From NCBI GenBank assembly GCA_903834195.1, contig CAILIB010000040.1:7297-71296 (forward strand): DNA of 64,000 bases. Reading direction: 5' to 3'. The number at the start of each line of letters is the position of its first letter. Position 1 is the stretch's first letter. Of this stretch, positions 48,653-57,938 are shown piece by piece. Source of the stretch: an uncultured Candidatus Berkelbacteria bacterium (GTDB lineage: Bacteria; Patescibacteriota; UBA1384; CAILIB01). Position numbers and translations under genes: made by a program. The notes below the pieces were generated by a model, which ran no database searches, was not told the DNA's origin, and was given only the letters and a program-made list of their open reading frames with translations.

Positions 48653-49189
48653 TTACTTAGCTGTTGAGACGATTACCATTGCCGGTCGCAAGACGCGATC
48701 GCGCAGAAGGTAGCCTCGGTTCTTAATTTCTACAATGTGATCTTCTTCCATATCTTCACGAACTGCAGTGCCGATTGCTTCATGTTGTGTCGGATTAAAC
48801 CGATCACCAATAGTTGCAGATACTTCTACGACACCAGCGGCATCGAGAACATCGAGGAGTTGCTTACGAATATGGAGAATACCAGCCGTCCAGGGACTAT
48901 TTTTCTGATCTTCTGGCACGTGCTCGGTGGCGCGATAAAAATTATCGACAACAGGGAGGAGTTCAGAGATAAGATCTTCCTGGGCAAAGCGAGTAACCTG
49001 ACGCTTTTCTTCTTCCATACGCTTACGCGCATTTTCAGCATCTGCCAAAGCGCGACGATACAGTGCTTCGTAGTCAGGAGCATCTTCGGCTTGCACCGGT
49101 TCAGCTACATTTTCTTCAACTTCAGACTGGGTGATTTCGTCCTCTTCAGGCATTGGGGGAAGTGTTATGTTCACAGGTTTCTGGCTCAT
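48653..49189 (-). CDS. grpE: Nucleotide exchange factor GrpE
   Basis: '[21 protein letters not shown]', '[11 protein letters not shown]', 'FNPTQHEAI'. ATG 49189 is preferred over the TTG at 49231 in the track. Confidence 0.85.
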   Translation of the reverse strand: MSQKPVNITLPPMPEEDEITQSEVEENVAEPVQAEDAPDYEALYRRALADAENARKRMEEEKRQVTRFAQEDLISELLPVVDNFYRATEHVPEDQKNSPWTAGILHIRKQLLDVLDAAGVVEVSATIGDRFNPTQHEAIGTAVREDMEEDHIVEIKNRGYLLRDRVLRPAMVIVSTAK

Positions 49190-49214
49190 TCGGCCTGTAC
49201 TAAATGTAAAGTAA

Positions 49215-49233
49215 ACTTGACATTTGGTCAAGT
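49215..49233. promoter_or_regulatory. 7-bp perfect inverted repeat ACTTGAC-N5-GTCAAGT overlapping divergent candidate -35 boxes (grpE and comEC)
   Basis: Plus strand: TTGACA at 49217-49222. Minus strand: TTGACC (49226-49231), then 17 nt, then TACATT (49203-49208). Confidence 0.4.
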
Positions 49234-49341
49234 CCTTCTCTGATAATTCAAATTTGATTTAGCTAATCTAAGACTAAAAAATTACCTATTCCCGCGTGTA
49301 ATAGAATTGAAGTTCTGTATTCACTGAACTAGGCTCAGCGC

Positions 49342-50727
49342 ATGAACCGATTACACCACATCAATATAATTTGTGCGATCTCAGCTTTTTCAGTAGGCGC
49401 AGCTATTCAAATACTGTTTGAGAAGCCGAGCATTGGAATAGTAACCCTATTACTCGGAGTTACATTAATAATTACTTCATTTAATACCCTGATTACCACA
49501 ATTGGCATTGCCTGCATCGGAGTATCTACTGGATTTTTCTACACATCTATCTGGAGAGCACATCATCAGATTTCATACCCCGAAACATCTCAAGAATTTA
49601 CTGGTTTAGTTACCGGATTACCCCAGACCAAGACAGGCATTACAACAGTTACCGTTCAGCCAACAACTCAAATTGGAAGCACTATATCTGGTATGCACAC
49701 ATCAGGATTGGTATTAATTCATATTCGTGGAACTCCCCTAATTAAATATGGTGACAAAATCTCACTCACCGGAAAAATTACTAAACCAGCTGCCTTTGAT
49801 AATTTTAACTACCCACTCTTTCTTGAAGAGCAAGGAGTGTATGGAATTATTAATGCAACGAATGTTTCAATAACACCTACTCCACTTACCATTTCAAATT
49901 CTTTTGCACGATTCCGTACAGTTATTCGGGATAAGCTTTTTTCAGTATTACCTGGAAAAGAAGGCACACTCCTATCCGCACTTGTAACCTCAGACAAGCA
50001 AACCCTTCCCCAAGATATACTCGATGACCTCACTGCAACTGCAACTACACATCTTGTCACGTTAAATGCATCAACAATTACACTTATTGCATCTTTATTA
50101 ATCTATGTACTGCCAATTACTACAACTCGCCGCAAGTGGTTTGCTGTAAGTATTATTTCGGCATCTGTGTGGGCTTGTTCAGGTTTTCAAGCAACCGTTG
50201 CACGTGCCGGGCTGATGTCATCTGGACATAGCTGGCTACGAACTCGAGGCAGAAGAGTCTGGCCAATTCCATTTCTTAGCCTTGTGATTGCGATTATATT
50301 ATTCAGCAATCCCCTCCTTATCGCTAATACAGCGCTTCAATTAGCAATCTCTGCATACGCTGGGCTAACTTGGTTAAGTCCTCTTATTTCAAAACTTTTT
50401 GATCGAATTACGTTCATCAAGATAATTCCAAAGCCTCTACGAAATGGAATATATTCTGGCATTGCTATCACTATTGCTACCGCACCTGCAAGTCTATGGT
50501 CTTTCGGTCAAGTTTCGATTTCTGGAATAATTGTTAATCCTATTCTAATCCTCTCAATCCCAATTCTCACTCTGGCTGGGCTACTAGTTATACTATGCAG
50601 TTCCATCCCAATTATTTCTAACATAGTTAATACATTTTCCCTCGTACTTGCACGATGTTTTCTAACTGTTCTTCACACCGCCGCAGAAATACCATATGGG
50701 GTAATAAAAATTCCAAGTCATGCGTAA
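49342..50727 (+). CDS. comEC: ComEC/Rec2 DNA-uptake channel, membrane part
   Basis: 461 aa, polytopic, with an OB-like insert 'VQPTTQIGSTISGMHTSGLVLIHIRG...GDKISLTGKITKP'. Followed by a separate MBL-domain ORF. Confidence 0.7.
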   Translation: MNRLHHINIICAISAFSVGAAIQILFEKPSIGIVTLLLGVTLIITSFNTLITTIGIACIGVSTGFFYTSIWRAHHQISYPETSQEFTGLVTGLPQTKTGITTVTVQPTTQIGSTISGMHTSGLVLIHIRGTPLIKYGDKISLTGKITKPAAFDNFNYPLFLEEQGVYGIINATNVSITPTPLTISNSFARFRTVIRDKLFSVLPGKEGTLLSALVTSDKQTLPQDILDDLTATATTHLVTLNASTITLIASLLIYVLPITTTRRKWFAVSIISASVWACSGFQATVARAGLMSSGHSWLRTRGRRVWPIPFLSLVIAIILFSNPLLIANTALQLAISAYAGLTWLSPLISKLFDRITFIKIIPKPLRNGIYSGIAITIATAPASLWSFGQVSISGIIVNPILILSIPILTLAGLLVILCSSIPIISNIVNTFSLVLARCFLTVLHTAAEIPYGVIKIPSHA

Positions 50728-51613
50728 ACCACTGCGCACAATTATTGTGTTTACCTTGGCAATACTCCTGGTTATTTCAGGGTGGAATATCCTCCACACA
50801 AAGTACCAAGTAACTCCCGCACTTGATGTTTGGGCACTGAGTGTTGGCCAAGGAGAAAGTGTATTTCTACATGAAGCATCCGGGCAGAAGATCCTTTTTG
50901 ATGGCGGTCCAAATTCTGATGTACTTTCTGAACTCTCAAGTATTATGCCGTTTTGGGACCACACGCTTGATCTAATCATCGTTTCTCATAATCATGCCGA
51001 TCACCTAGATGGGATGATTGCAGTTCTCGATCATTACACAGTTCGTGAAGCCTGGATTAGTGGTGCAATACAAGATAGCGACGACTACCGAACCTGGCGA
51101 CGCGAATTAAAAGAGAAAAATATCCCTACAAAAATAATGTATGCCGGTCAAACTGAGCAGTTTGGCACAATACAAATACAAACCATTCACCCGATCAATT
51201 CAGAAGAAGGAATTACCCCTAAAGACCAACATGAAGCTACAATTGTTACAAAAATTACGTACCAAAAAAATTCTATACTGTTGACTGGTGACTTAGACGA
51301 GAATCAAGAAACGGATATAATGACGCACTGTCGAGCACCAACATGTTCACTGCAAAGCGACATCTTACAGATTCCACATCACGGATCAAAAACTGGATTA
51401 CTTCCTGCATTCCTCAGCGCAGTAAACCCTAAGGTTGCATTTATCTCAGTTGGTCAACACAACCTGTACCACCATCCAGCCCCAACTACTACTAAAAAGT
51501 TAGATACAGCCCATATAGCTTTCTTCAGGACAGATCTTGATGGCCAGGTGCATTTTGTTCTTTTTGGCGACCATATATCGTACGAAAAAGTTGCAGGGTC
51601 TACACCTCGCTAG
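50720..51613 (+). CDS. N-anchored metallo-beta-lactamase domain protein (ComEC C-terminal domain as a separate ORF)
   Basis: 'VSHNHADHLDG' (HxHxDH), 'LTGDL', 'IPHHGS'. 8-nt overlap with the upstream ORF. Confidence 0.8.
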   Translation: MRKPLRTIIVFTLAILLVISGWNILHTKYQVTPALDVWALSVGQGESVFLHEASGQKILFDGGPNSDVLSELSSIMPFWDHTLDLIIVSHNHADHLDGMIAVLDHYTVREAWISGAIQDSDDYRTWRRELKEKNIPTKIMYAGQTEQFGTIQIQTIHPINSEEGITPKDQHEATIVTKITYQKNSILLTGDLDENQETDIMTHCRAPTCSLQSDILQIPHHGSKTGLLPAFLSAVNPKVAFISVGQHNLYHHPAPTTTKKLDTAHIAFFRTDLDGQVHFVLFGDHISYEKVAGSTPR

Positions 51614-52104
51614 TTTCTTGGAGCTCGATACGTCTGCGCCCCAATCAGTGCAATCGCCACAGCGTCAGCAGCGTCATCAGGCTTCGGAATCTCCGGAAGT
51701 TTCAGCAACATCTGCACCATCTTCTGCATTTGTTGTTTATCCGCTCGCCCATATCCAGTAAGCGCCTGCTTAATTTCTTGGGGAGTAAACTCAAGCATAG
51801 GTACGCCAGATCGCTCGAGCACATACAACAACACTCCCCGCGCTTGGGAAACCACCATGGCAGTGGTTTGGTTATTCGAGAAAAAGAGCTTTTCCACTGA
51901 GGCAAGCTCTGGTTTGTAGGTATCTATCAAACTTTCGAGACCTTTGGCAATTGCTACTAACCGCTGACTATCAGACATTGTTTTATCGGTAGTAATAACA
52001 CCATAGGCCAAACACTTTGCAGTATGTGCGGAGTGTCGTGCGCCGGTATCTAAAATACCCCACCCAACAATTGCAGTACCTGGATCAAGCCCGAGAACAA
52101 TCAT
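51610..52104 (-). CDS. ruvC: Crossover junction endodeoxyribonuclease RuvC
   Basis: 'MIVLGLDPGTAIVGWGIL', 'EKLFFSNNQTTA', 'DAADAVAIAL'. Confidence 0.9.
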   Translation of the reverse strand: MIVLGLDPGTAIVGWGILDTGARHSAHTAKCLAYGVITTDKTMSDSQRLVAIAKGLESLIDTYKPELASVEKLFFSNNQTTAMVVSQARGVLLYVLERSGVPMLEFTPQEIKQALTGYGRADKQQMQKMVQMLLKLPEIPKPDDAADAVAIALIGAQTYRAPRN

Positions 52105-52817
52105 GCAATGTTTGTGTACACGTTAGTAACATCGTCGTACTCTTCCAAGAGATCAACCAGAATTGACACTTTTTCCATGTCTTCTTCAGCAATTTCAATT
52201 GGTGTATTTGGGACATGCTCAATTGCTGCTGACTGAGTAATAAGACCATTCTTTTCGTAGGCATCTTTCAGATGATGCAAGCTCGCAATCGGTACATACA
52301 CGACTGCAAAGTTATCTTCTAATAGGTAGTCGTCAGCCCCTTCGCTAATTGTAAGTTCTTCAAACAGATCAACTTTATCAGCTGGCACTTCTAAACGAAT
52401 CAATCCACGTTGGGTAAACTGATACGCGACACCTCCACCTTCAGCAAAACGTCCACTGTGCTTTACAAATATCTGACGAATATCAGCATTTGCTCGGTTA
52501 CGATTATCGGTCAAAACTTCAACCAGCATTGCCGTATTACCAGGACCAAAGCCTTCATACAACAATTCCTCAACTGCTGCTCCACCTAATTCACCAGTAC
52601 CACGTTTAACAGCACGCTCAATATTATCTTTGGGCATATTTGCGCCACGAGCCTTATCAATTGCAACACGAAGCGTTGGATTCATCGCCGGATCACCACC
52701 ACCACGCCGCGCCGCAACTGTTACATCGTTACCAAGTTTTGTGAACACATTCGAACGCTTGGCGTCTGCCGCTGCCTTCTTGTGCTTAATACTCGCCCAC
52801 TTACTGTGTCCTGACAT
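52101..52817 (-). CDS. yebC: YebC/PmpR family DNA-binding regulator
   Basis: 'MSGHSKWASIKHKKAAADAKR'. Confidence 0.9.
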   Translation of the reverse strand: MSGHSKWASIKHKKAAADAKRSNVFTKLGNDVTVAARRGGGDPAMNPTLRVAIDKARGANMPKDNIERAVKRGTGELGGAAVEELLYEGFGPGNTAMLVEVLTDNRNRANADIRQIFVKHSGRFAEGGGVAYQFTQRGLIRLEVPADKVDLFEELTISEGADDYLLEDNFAVVYVPIASLHHLKDAYEKNGLITQSAAIEHVPNTPIEIAEEDMEKVSILVDLLEEYDDVTNVYTNIA

Positions 52818-52883
52818 AGAAAAAATTTAGGAAACACTTTTTCTTACGCTACCCCAAATCTAGTAGAGACGCAATTCCCTCGT

Positions 52884-54749
52884 CTACTGGGGCGTTGCTC
52901 CAATAAGGTACTGAGCCGGCATTGGCTTGTAGTAACTATTAAACACCTGTGAGTTAATTACTTCACCATTACGAGTAACCGTATAACTTGCAGTTGTCTT
53001 CGCACCAGGAACTGGACCGTCAGTCATACGAATTTGACCCGGTGCCAGAGTGTCTGTTTGTGTATAAATTGGATCTGTTAAGGCTGGGTATGTTTCAAGA
53101 GTTGTAGGTCCTACTACTGAAGCTACACGACCATCAGGAACTCCGAACAAGTTAAAGGTTAACACTGTCCCAACTATCGACGACTGCACATACACAGGGT
53201 GCCCAGTGTCATTCTTCCAGCGAAAATCTGGATGAGGATCATAAATAGTTGCATCAAGACCAGGACCAATGCCGCCACGTTGATAAAACGACACTTCATA
53301 CGAGTGATTCTGTCGCTCAGTAATTGGCAATCCTGCATTCAGTACTGCTCGGAAGAGAGTTGTCGAAACCTGACATAACCCTCCACCATCAGCTGGTACA
53401 GTCGTATTTCCAAGTATTACCAATCCTGGAACATACCCATGAGCCTGATCAATCGGCACCAAGTTAGCTATGGTCGAAAATGTATCACCTGGCTGAACCA
53501 CAACGCCGTTCAACTTTGCTGTACCAACTTTAATATTTGCAGTACGGCTCGATGAACTACCAGAATAATCAGTTTTTGCAGTTCCGATCAATGTAAGTGC
53601 TGTACTTGCACTCGCTGGCACCGCAGCAGGTATAGTCTTTGTACTCGCTGGAATTACATGATCACTACTATTAGCTAAAATAGCATTCGATAAGCTTTGG
53701 AATGTTGGGTCAATTTCCAACTCAACTCCAGGCTTATCAGATAGACTCACCGTTAAGCCGTCACTAACCGGGATCACTACTGCATCAGTTGGTGCAACGT
53801 TCACAGACTTTGCAAATGCAGTGAGAGACGTATCAACAGGAGCAGGATTGAGCGCCAAACTGAGACGCGGAACTCCTGTACCCGGATCTTTTACAACAGA
53901 AGTTACTAACCAACCTGCCATATCTTGAGGCTTGATCGTTAGCTGCTGAGTACCTGATTGAACAGTCCAATTGGTTGAAAGTATTGAGGTTGCCAGGTCT
54001 CGCGCTGCACTCGCATTATCTGCGGTAACTTGTGGCTGTGCCACACCGAGAGTTAAGACTACTTGAGCATTTCCTGTAACAAACGCCTGGTAAAATTTAG
54101 TCTGAAAATCGTCCATAACCAATTCTCTCCCAGCAGTACCATTCACTACTTGTACATTTCCCGGCGCAAAACTGAGTGTGGTTTCTTTTACTGGAGTCTC
54201 AATACTTGATAGTGCAACTGTCGATAGCTTTGCATGAGCAGCTGAAGAAATCGGTGCAAAATCAACATCAAACGTGCGTTCACGCACTACTGCCAAACTC
54301 AGATCTTTAAACTCATTTCCAATACTACCCGCCTTCCCTACAGCATACGCAGCATGTACCGCTGCTTCATTTGAAAAAGTAGGTAACAGATCAGCTACTG
54401 CAATTTTCCAATTCTTATCTCCGTAGACGAGAGTGAGCTGGTTTTTGAGAAAAGCAGTTTCTTTTTCCTGTAATTTAGCATTGGCCTCAAACTCAGTTAA
54501 CCCACCTACATCAACTCCAGAGATTTTTGTATGAGGAAGAATACGCGGAGAATAGTAAAATGCGTAATCTGTTGCAGCTGAAATAATCAGTAGAAGTCCG
54601 CCAGCAATCGAAAAGAAGACAATCTTTTGAAGACGAGTAGCCCGGCGCTTCACCGGCTTTGTCGGCTTTGGCTGCTTCGCTTCCTTTGGCGGCTTAACTT
54701 GCTTAGGAGCAATATCTTCTTTAATTTTCTTGATCTTGCTCATGTGCAA
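52884..54749 (-). CDS. VanW-domain membrane-anchored protein
   Basis: Lys/Pro-rich N-terminus, TM 'IVFFSIAGGLLLIISAA', and VanW core 'GGGLCQVSTTLFRAVLNAGLPITERQNHSYEVSFY'. Confidence 0.8.
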   Translation of the reverse strand: MHMSKIKKIKEDIAPKQVKPPKEAKQPKPTKPVKRRATRLQKIVFFSIAGGLLLIISAATDYAFYYSPRILPHTKISGVDVGGLTEFEANAKLQEKETAFLKNQLTLVYGDKNWKIAVADLLPTFSNEAAVHAAYAVGKAGSIGNEFKDLSLAVVRERTFDVDFAPISSAAHAKLSTVALSSIETPVKETTLSFAPGNVQVVNGTAGRELVMDDFQTKFYQAFVTGNAQVVLTLGVAQPQVTADNASAARDLATSILSTNWTVQSGTQQLTIKPQDMAGWLVTSVVKDPGTGVPRLSLALNPAPVDTSLTAFAKSVNVAPTDAVVIPVSDGLTVSLSDKPGVELEIDPTFQSLSNAILANSSDHVIPASTKTIPAAVPASASTALTLIGTAKTDYSGSSSSRTANIKVGTAKLNGVVVQPGDTFSTIANLVPIDQAHGYVPGLVILGNTTVPADGGGLCQVSTTLFRAVLNAGLPITERQNHSYEVSFYQRGGIGPGLDATIYDPHPDFRWKNDTGHPVYVQSSIVGTVLTFNLFGVPDGRVASVVGPTTLETYPALTDPIYTQTDTLAPGQIRMTDGPVPGAKTTASYTVTRNGEVINSQVFNSYYKPMPAQYLIGATPQ

Positions 54750-54957
54750 TTAGAGTATTGAGAATTGTTCGCGAGAGTTCTGCTTGATCAAGCATCGCCT
54801 CATCAAGTGGTTGCACTACTATCATACATCGATCGTCAACTGAGAGCGAGGAATTTGTATCACTAATTGGAATCGTTAATTCCTGCTGATCATCTGTGAT
54901 GAGCGTAGCGGTTTTTCCTTGAACATCCTTCACCACAGCCTGTAGACGTATTATCAT
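54721..54957 (-). CDS. Hypothetical small protein
   Basis: 78-aa ORF overlapping the VanW gene start by 29 nt. Confidence 0.4.
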   Translation of the reverse strand: MIIRLQAVVKDVQGKTATLITDDQQELTIPISDTNSSLSVDDRCMIVVQPLDEAMLDQAELSRTILNTLIAHEQDQEN

Positions 54958-54963
54958 ACAAAT

Positions 54964-55665
54964 TTACTGAGTAATAAAGCCGTTATATTTTCCTGTTGAA
55001 CCAGTGTGTACATATGTAGTGACTAGCCATCCACCAGAATTCTGATCCGCTGGTGCAAGCGTAATAATTGTGGTTCGAGCTGGCGTACGAGACCCGTCAC
55101 CGCCAATACGCTGTTCACTCACGGTAACCACCCAATTTGAACCCGACTGAGCAGCTGCTATTACAGAATATCCTGTTACTTTCTCCATAAAGTTACTGCT
55201 TATGAAAAGAGTTGGACCATTTGGCCCTACGAAAAGCGACTGCCGAAGATCTTGAATGTTTGGATCAGTATCAGGTGCAAACGTCGCTTCTAATCTAGCG
55301 CGATCTTGCGCTTCATATCCAGCATAAAAGTTTGCAATAAACGCCTTAATACTCGGAACTAACGCAATGGAAGTAGGTGTAGGACTTACTGAAGGAGGCG
55401 CGGTAGGACTGGCCGAAGCTGTCGGAGTAACCGTCGGAGTTGGCGATGTACTTGGTGCTGGAGAAAACGTGGGTGTAGGACCTGCTACAGTTGCCGTCGG
55501 AGTTGGCGATGTAACAAGACTGGACGAAGTGGCTGGTTTTCGTACTACATACGCGTAATACGCAGCAAGAAGTAATACGACAAATAATACACCTCCTATC
55601 CATAGCGCTTGAATACGCGCTTTATGAACTCGCTCGGGACTGAGGTGTTCAGGATGTTGGTTCAT
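54964..55665 (-). CDS. N-anchored surface protein: Pro/Thr/Ser linker plus unknown C-terminal domain
   Basis: TM 'ALWIGGVLFVVLLLAAYYAYVV'. Linker 'PTPTATVAGPTPTFSPAPSTSPTPTVTPTASASPTAPPSVSPTPT'. Confidence 0.6.
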   Translation of the reverse strand: MNQHPEHLSPERVHKARIQALWIGGVLFVVLLLAAYYAYVVRKPATSSSLVTSPTPTATVAGPTPTFSPAPSTSPTPTVTPTASASPTAPPSVSPTPTSIALVPSIKAFIANFYAGYEAQDRARLEATFAPDTDPNIQDLRQSLFVGPNGPTLFISSNFMEKVTGYSVIAAAQSGSNWVVTVSEQRIGGDGSRTPARTTIITLAPADQNSGGWLVTTYVHTGSTGKYNGFITQ

Positions 55666-56383
55666 GGCGGTACTGTTTCGTTTTTACCTTATGACGAATA
55701 ACTTTCAAATCGTGTAATAACTGTGCCACTGCCTGACGCGCTCTAAATCTTGATGCAGTTGCATCGTACCAATCTACTGGCACTTCAATTATTTTGTAGC
55801 CCAACTCGTTAGCAATAGTGAGAATTTCTGCATCAAATGCCCAACGCTGCAAACTCTGAAGTGGAAATATATCTTCAGCTGCTTTTGCGCTAAACGCCTT
55901 AAATCCGCATTGTGTATCAACAATACCAGGCAGAATTGAACGTTGCACAAGCCAGTTAAAGCCTCGTGACCCTATCCGTCGTTTCAATGGTTGACGCACC
56001 TTTATACTGTCTGGATGTAGATACCGCGAACCAATTATTACCTCAGCATTACCTAGTTCGGGAATAAACTTGTCAAATTCACTAATGGGCGTAGCGTGAT
56101 CTGCATCCATGAACAAACGCCATTCACCTTTTGCCATCAGCATTCCTTGTCGAACAACTCCACCTTTTCCCTTGTTCTGGGCGTTTTTTACAACCTTTAA
56201 AGCAGGAAAATCTGCTGAGATTTTTTCAGCCAACTTAACAGTAGTATCAGTACTTCCATCATCAATAAGAAGTACTTCATACGTAAAATTCTGACGCTCA
56301 AGATACTCGCGCACCATGCGCAATGTCTCCGGAAGGCGCTCAGACTCGTTATAGGCGGGAATAATAACTGAGAGGAATGGCAT
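55649..56383 (-). CDS. Family 2 glycosyltransferase, polyprenol-phosphate glycosyltransferase-like
   Basis: 'LSVIIPAYNESERLPETL', 'LIDDGSTDTT', 'FMDADHA'. Confidence 0.8.
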   Translation of the reverse strand: MPFLSVIIPAYNESERLPETLRMVREYLERQNFTYEVLLIDDGSTDTTVKLAEKISADFPALKVVKNAQNKGKGGVVRQGMLMAKGEWRLFMDADHATPISEFDKFIPELGNAEVIIGSRYLHPDSIKVRQPLKRRIGSRGFNWLVQRSILPGIVDTQCGFKAFSAKAAEDIFPLQSLQRWAFDAEILTIANELGYKIIEVPVDWYDATASRFRARQAVAQLLHDLKVIRHKVKTKQYRHEPTS

Positions 56384-56394
56384 ATACAGGCATT

Positions 56395-57891
56395 CTACCA
56401 GATATTTTTAGAAGTCATACGTCGAGGTAAGCGGTCACGTAGTACAGGTGGCAACCAATCAAGAAGGTAGGCAGGTAAAATGTACAGTCCAGAGAAGAGT
56501 ATAAACGCCACCCCCATGAACACCACTTCCACTGGTCGATTAAACTTCATGTACCTTGGCAGTAAATCCGACACGACGGTAAATACTCCAAAACAGAGCC
56601 CACCCGTAAGGATTGTTCCTCCTAATACAGCCTTAACAACCTGTAAGCTTGGAATATACTTGAAAACTTTGATAAATAACCGAGCCACCAACACAAGCAC
56701 GAGAGCCTCTGAAATAAAGGTTACGTACGCAGCCCCAATATATGACCAGTGCGGAATAGCAATGAAATTCAATATAATATTAAGGAGCGCTGCCCACCCT
56801 TCAAGTGCACCGACCTTACCCTGCTTACCTGCAGCAACAAGCACATACTCAAGTAAGTAAATCACAAACCACGGAATCATCGTTAAGCACAGAATCTGCA
56901 ATGCGTAGGCTGATTGATCAATATTGTAGCGCGTCAGTACTGCAATAATGTACGGAGCGAAAAGCACGGTAAACAGAATAAGCGGAACTACACTTAATAG
57001 GATCAAATCAAAGGCTTTTTGGAAAAGTACACGGAACCGCTGAGGGTCATGTAGTGCAGTTTGAGTAAAGGCCGGGAATAAACTCCCCACGAACATTCCC
57101 GGCAACATAATATAAATCTCAGCAATTTTATAGGCATTACCGTATATACCAACATCCACTTTCGGCTGCAGAATCGTGAGAATAACACTATCAGCTTTGA
57201 AGTGAATCAGTCCAAAAACCACAAAGGCCGACATAGGCGCGAGCTCTCGCAATAACCCAGGCCATTCCTTTGGCCGAAGTACAAACCGAACTCTCACAAG
57301 CGAACGACTTGCAAGGTAGGTTATCGCCATATTCAACAAACTTCCCCCAACAGTTACTACGGTTACTCCAAGTAGGTGCTGATTTGCAGGCAACTCCTTA
57401 AAAACCAAGACTGTCCCAATAAGAACGAGGACCCGACCACACAAATCACTGAGCGATGCCCATCCCATTAACAGTCGTGCCTGAACAATACTCACGAATA
57501 ACTGGTTGAGAACCAGGAAAAACTGCCCTAAGGCAAGTATTGCAATAAACCCAGCAAACTCGTGATACCCCGGCAACGCCAGTGCAATGAGCGGTGCACT
57601 TCCCAACATAATCACCGCAGTTACTACCCTGAAGCCTAAGAAGCGTGCCGAAATATCATCAGCTTCTTCAGGTTTCGCAGACAACTCCCGTAAATATAAT
57701 GTATTGACCCCAAGGTCAGCAAACGTCGCAAAAAAAGCTATATACGCAGTTAAGCCAACGTACGCTCCCCATTTCTCAGGAAGTAACCCACTATTTAATA
57801 TCGCCACAGTTACAAGAGAAGTTCCTGTAGTTAGAAGGCGTCCAATCAACTGAATGACTGTATTATATGCGACTCGTCGTGCGTAACTCAT
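56395..57891 (-). CDS. MOP/Wzx-type polysaccharide or oligosaccharide flippase
   Basis: 498 aa, ~14 TM. N-terminal 'VAYNTVIQLIGRLLTTGTSLVTVAILNSGL'. Confidence 0.6.
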   Translation of the reverse strand: MSYARRVAYNTVIQLIGRLLTTGTSLVTVAILNSGLLPEKWGAYVGLTAYIAFFATFADLGVNTLYLRELSAKPEEADDISARFLGFRVVTAVIMLGSAPLIALALPGYHEFAGFIAILALGQFFLVLNQLFVSIVQARLLMGWASLSDLCGRVLVLIGTVLVFKELPANQHLLGVTVVTVGGSLLNMAITYLASRSLVRVRFVLRPKEWPGLLRELAPMSAFVVFGLIHFKADSVILTILQPKVDVGIYGNAYKIAEIYIMLPGMFVGSLFPAFTQTALHDPQRFRVLFQKAFDLILLSVVPLILFTVLFAPYIIAVLTRYNIDQSAYALQILCLTMIPWFVIYLLEYVLVAAGKQGKVGALEGWAALLNIILNFIAIPHWSYIGAAYVTFISEALVLVLVARLFIKVFKYIPSLQVVKAVLGGTILTGGLCFGVFTVVSDLLPRYMKFNRPVEVVFMGVAFILFSGLYILPAYLLDWLPPVLRDRLPRRMTSKNIW

Positions 57892-57938
57892 ATTGAACGT
57901 TGTGCAACTTTTGGAGTAAGTCTACTACCGATGTACCA

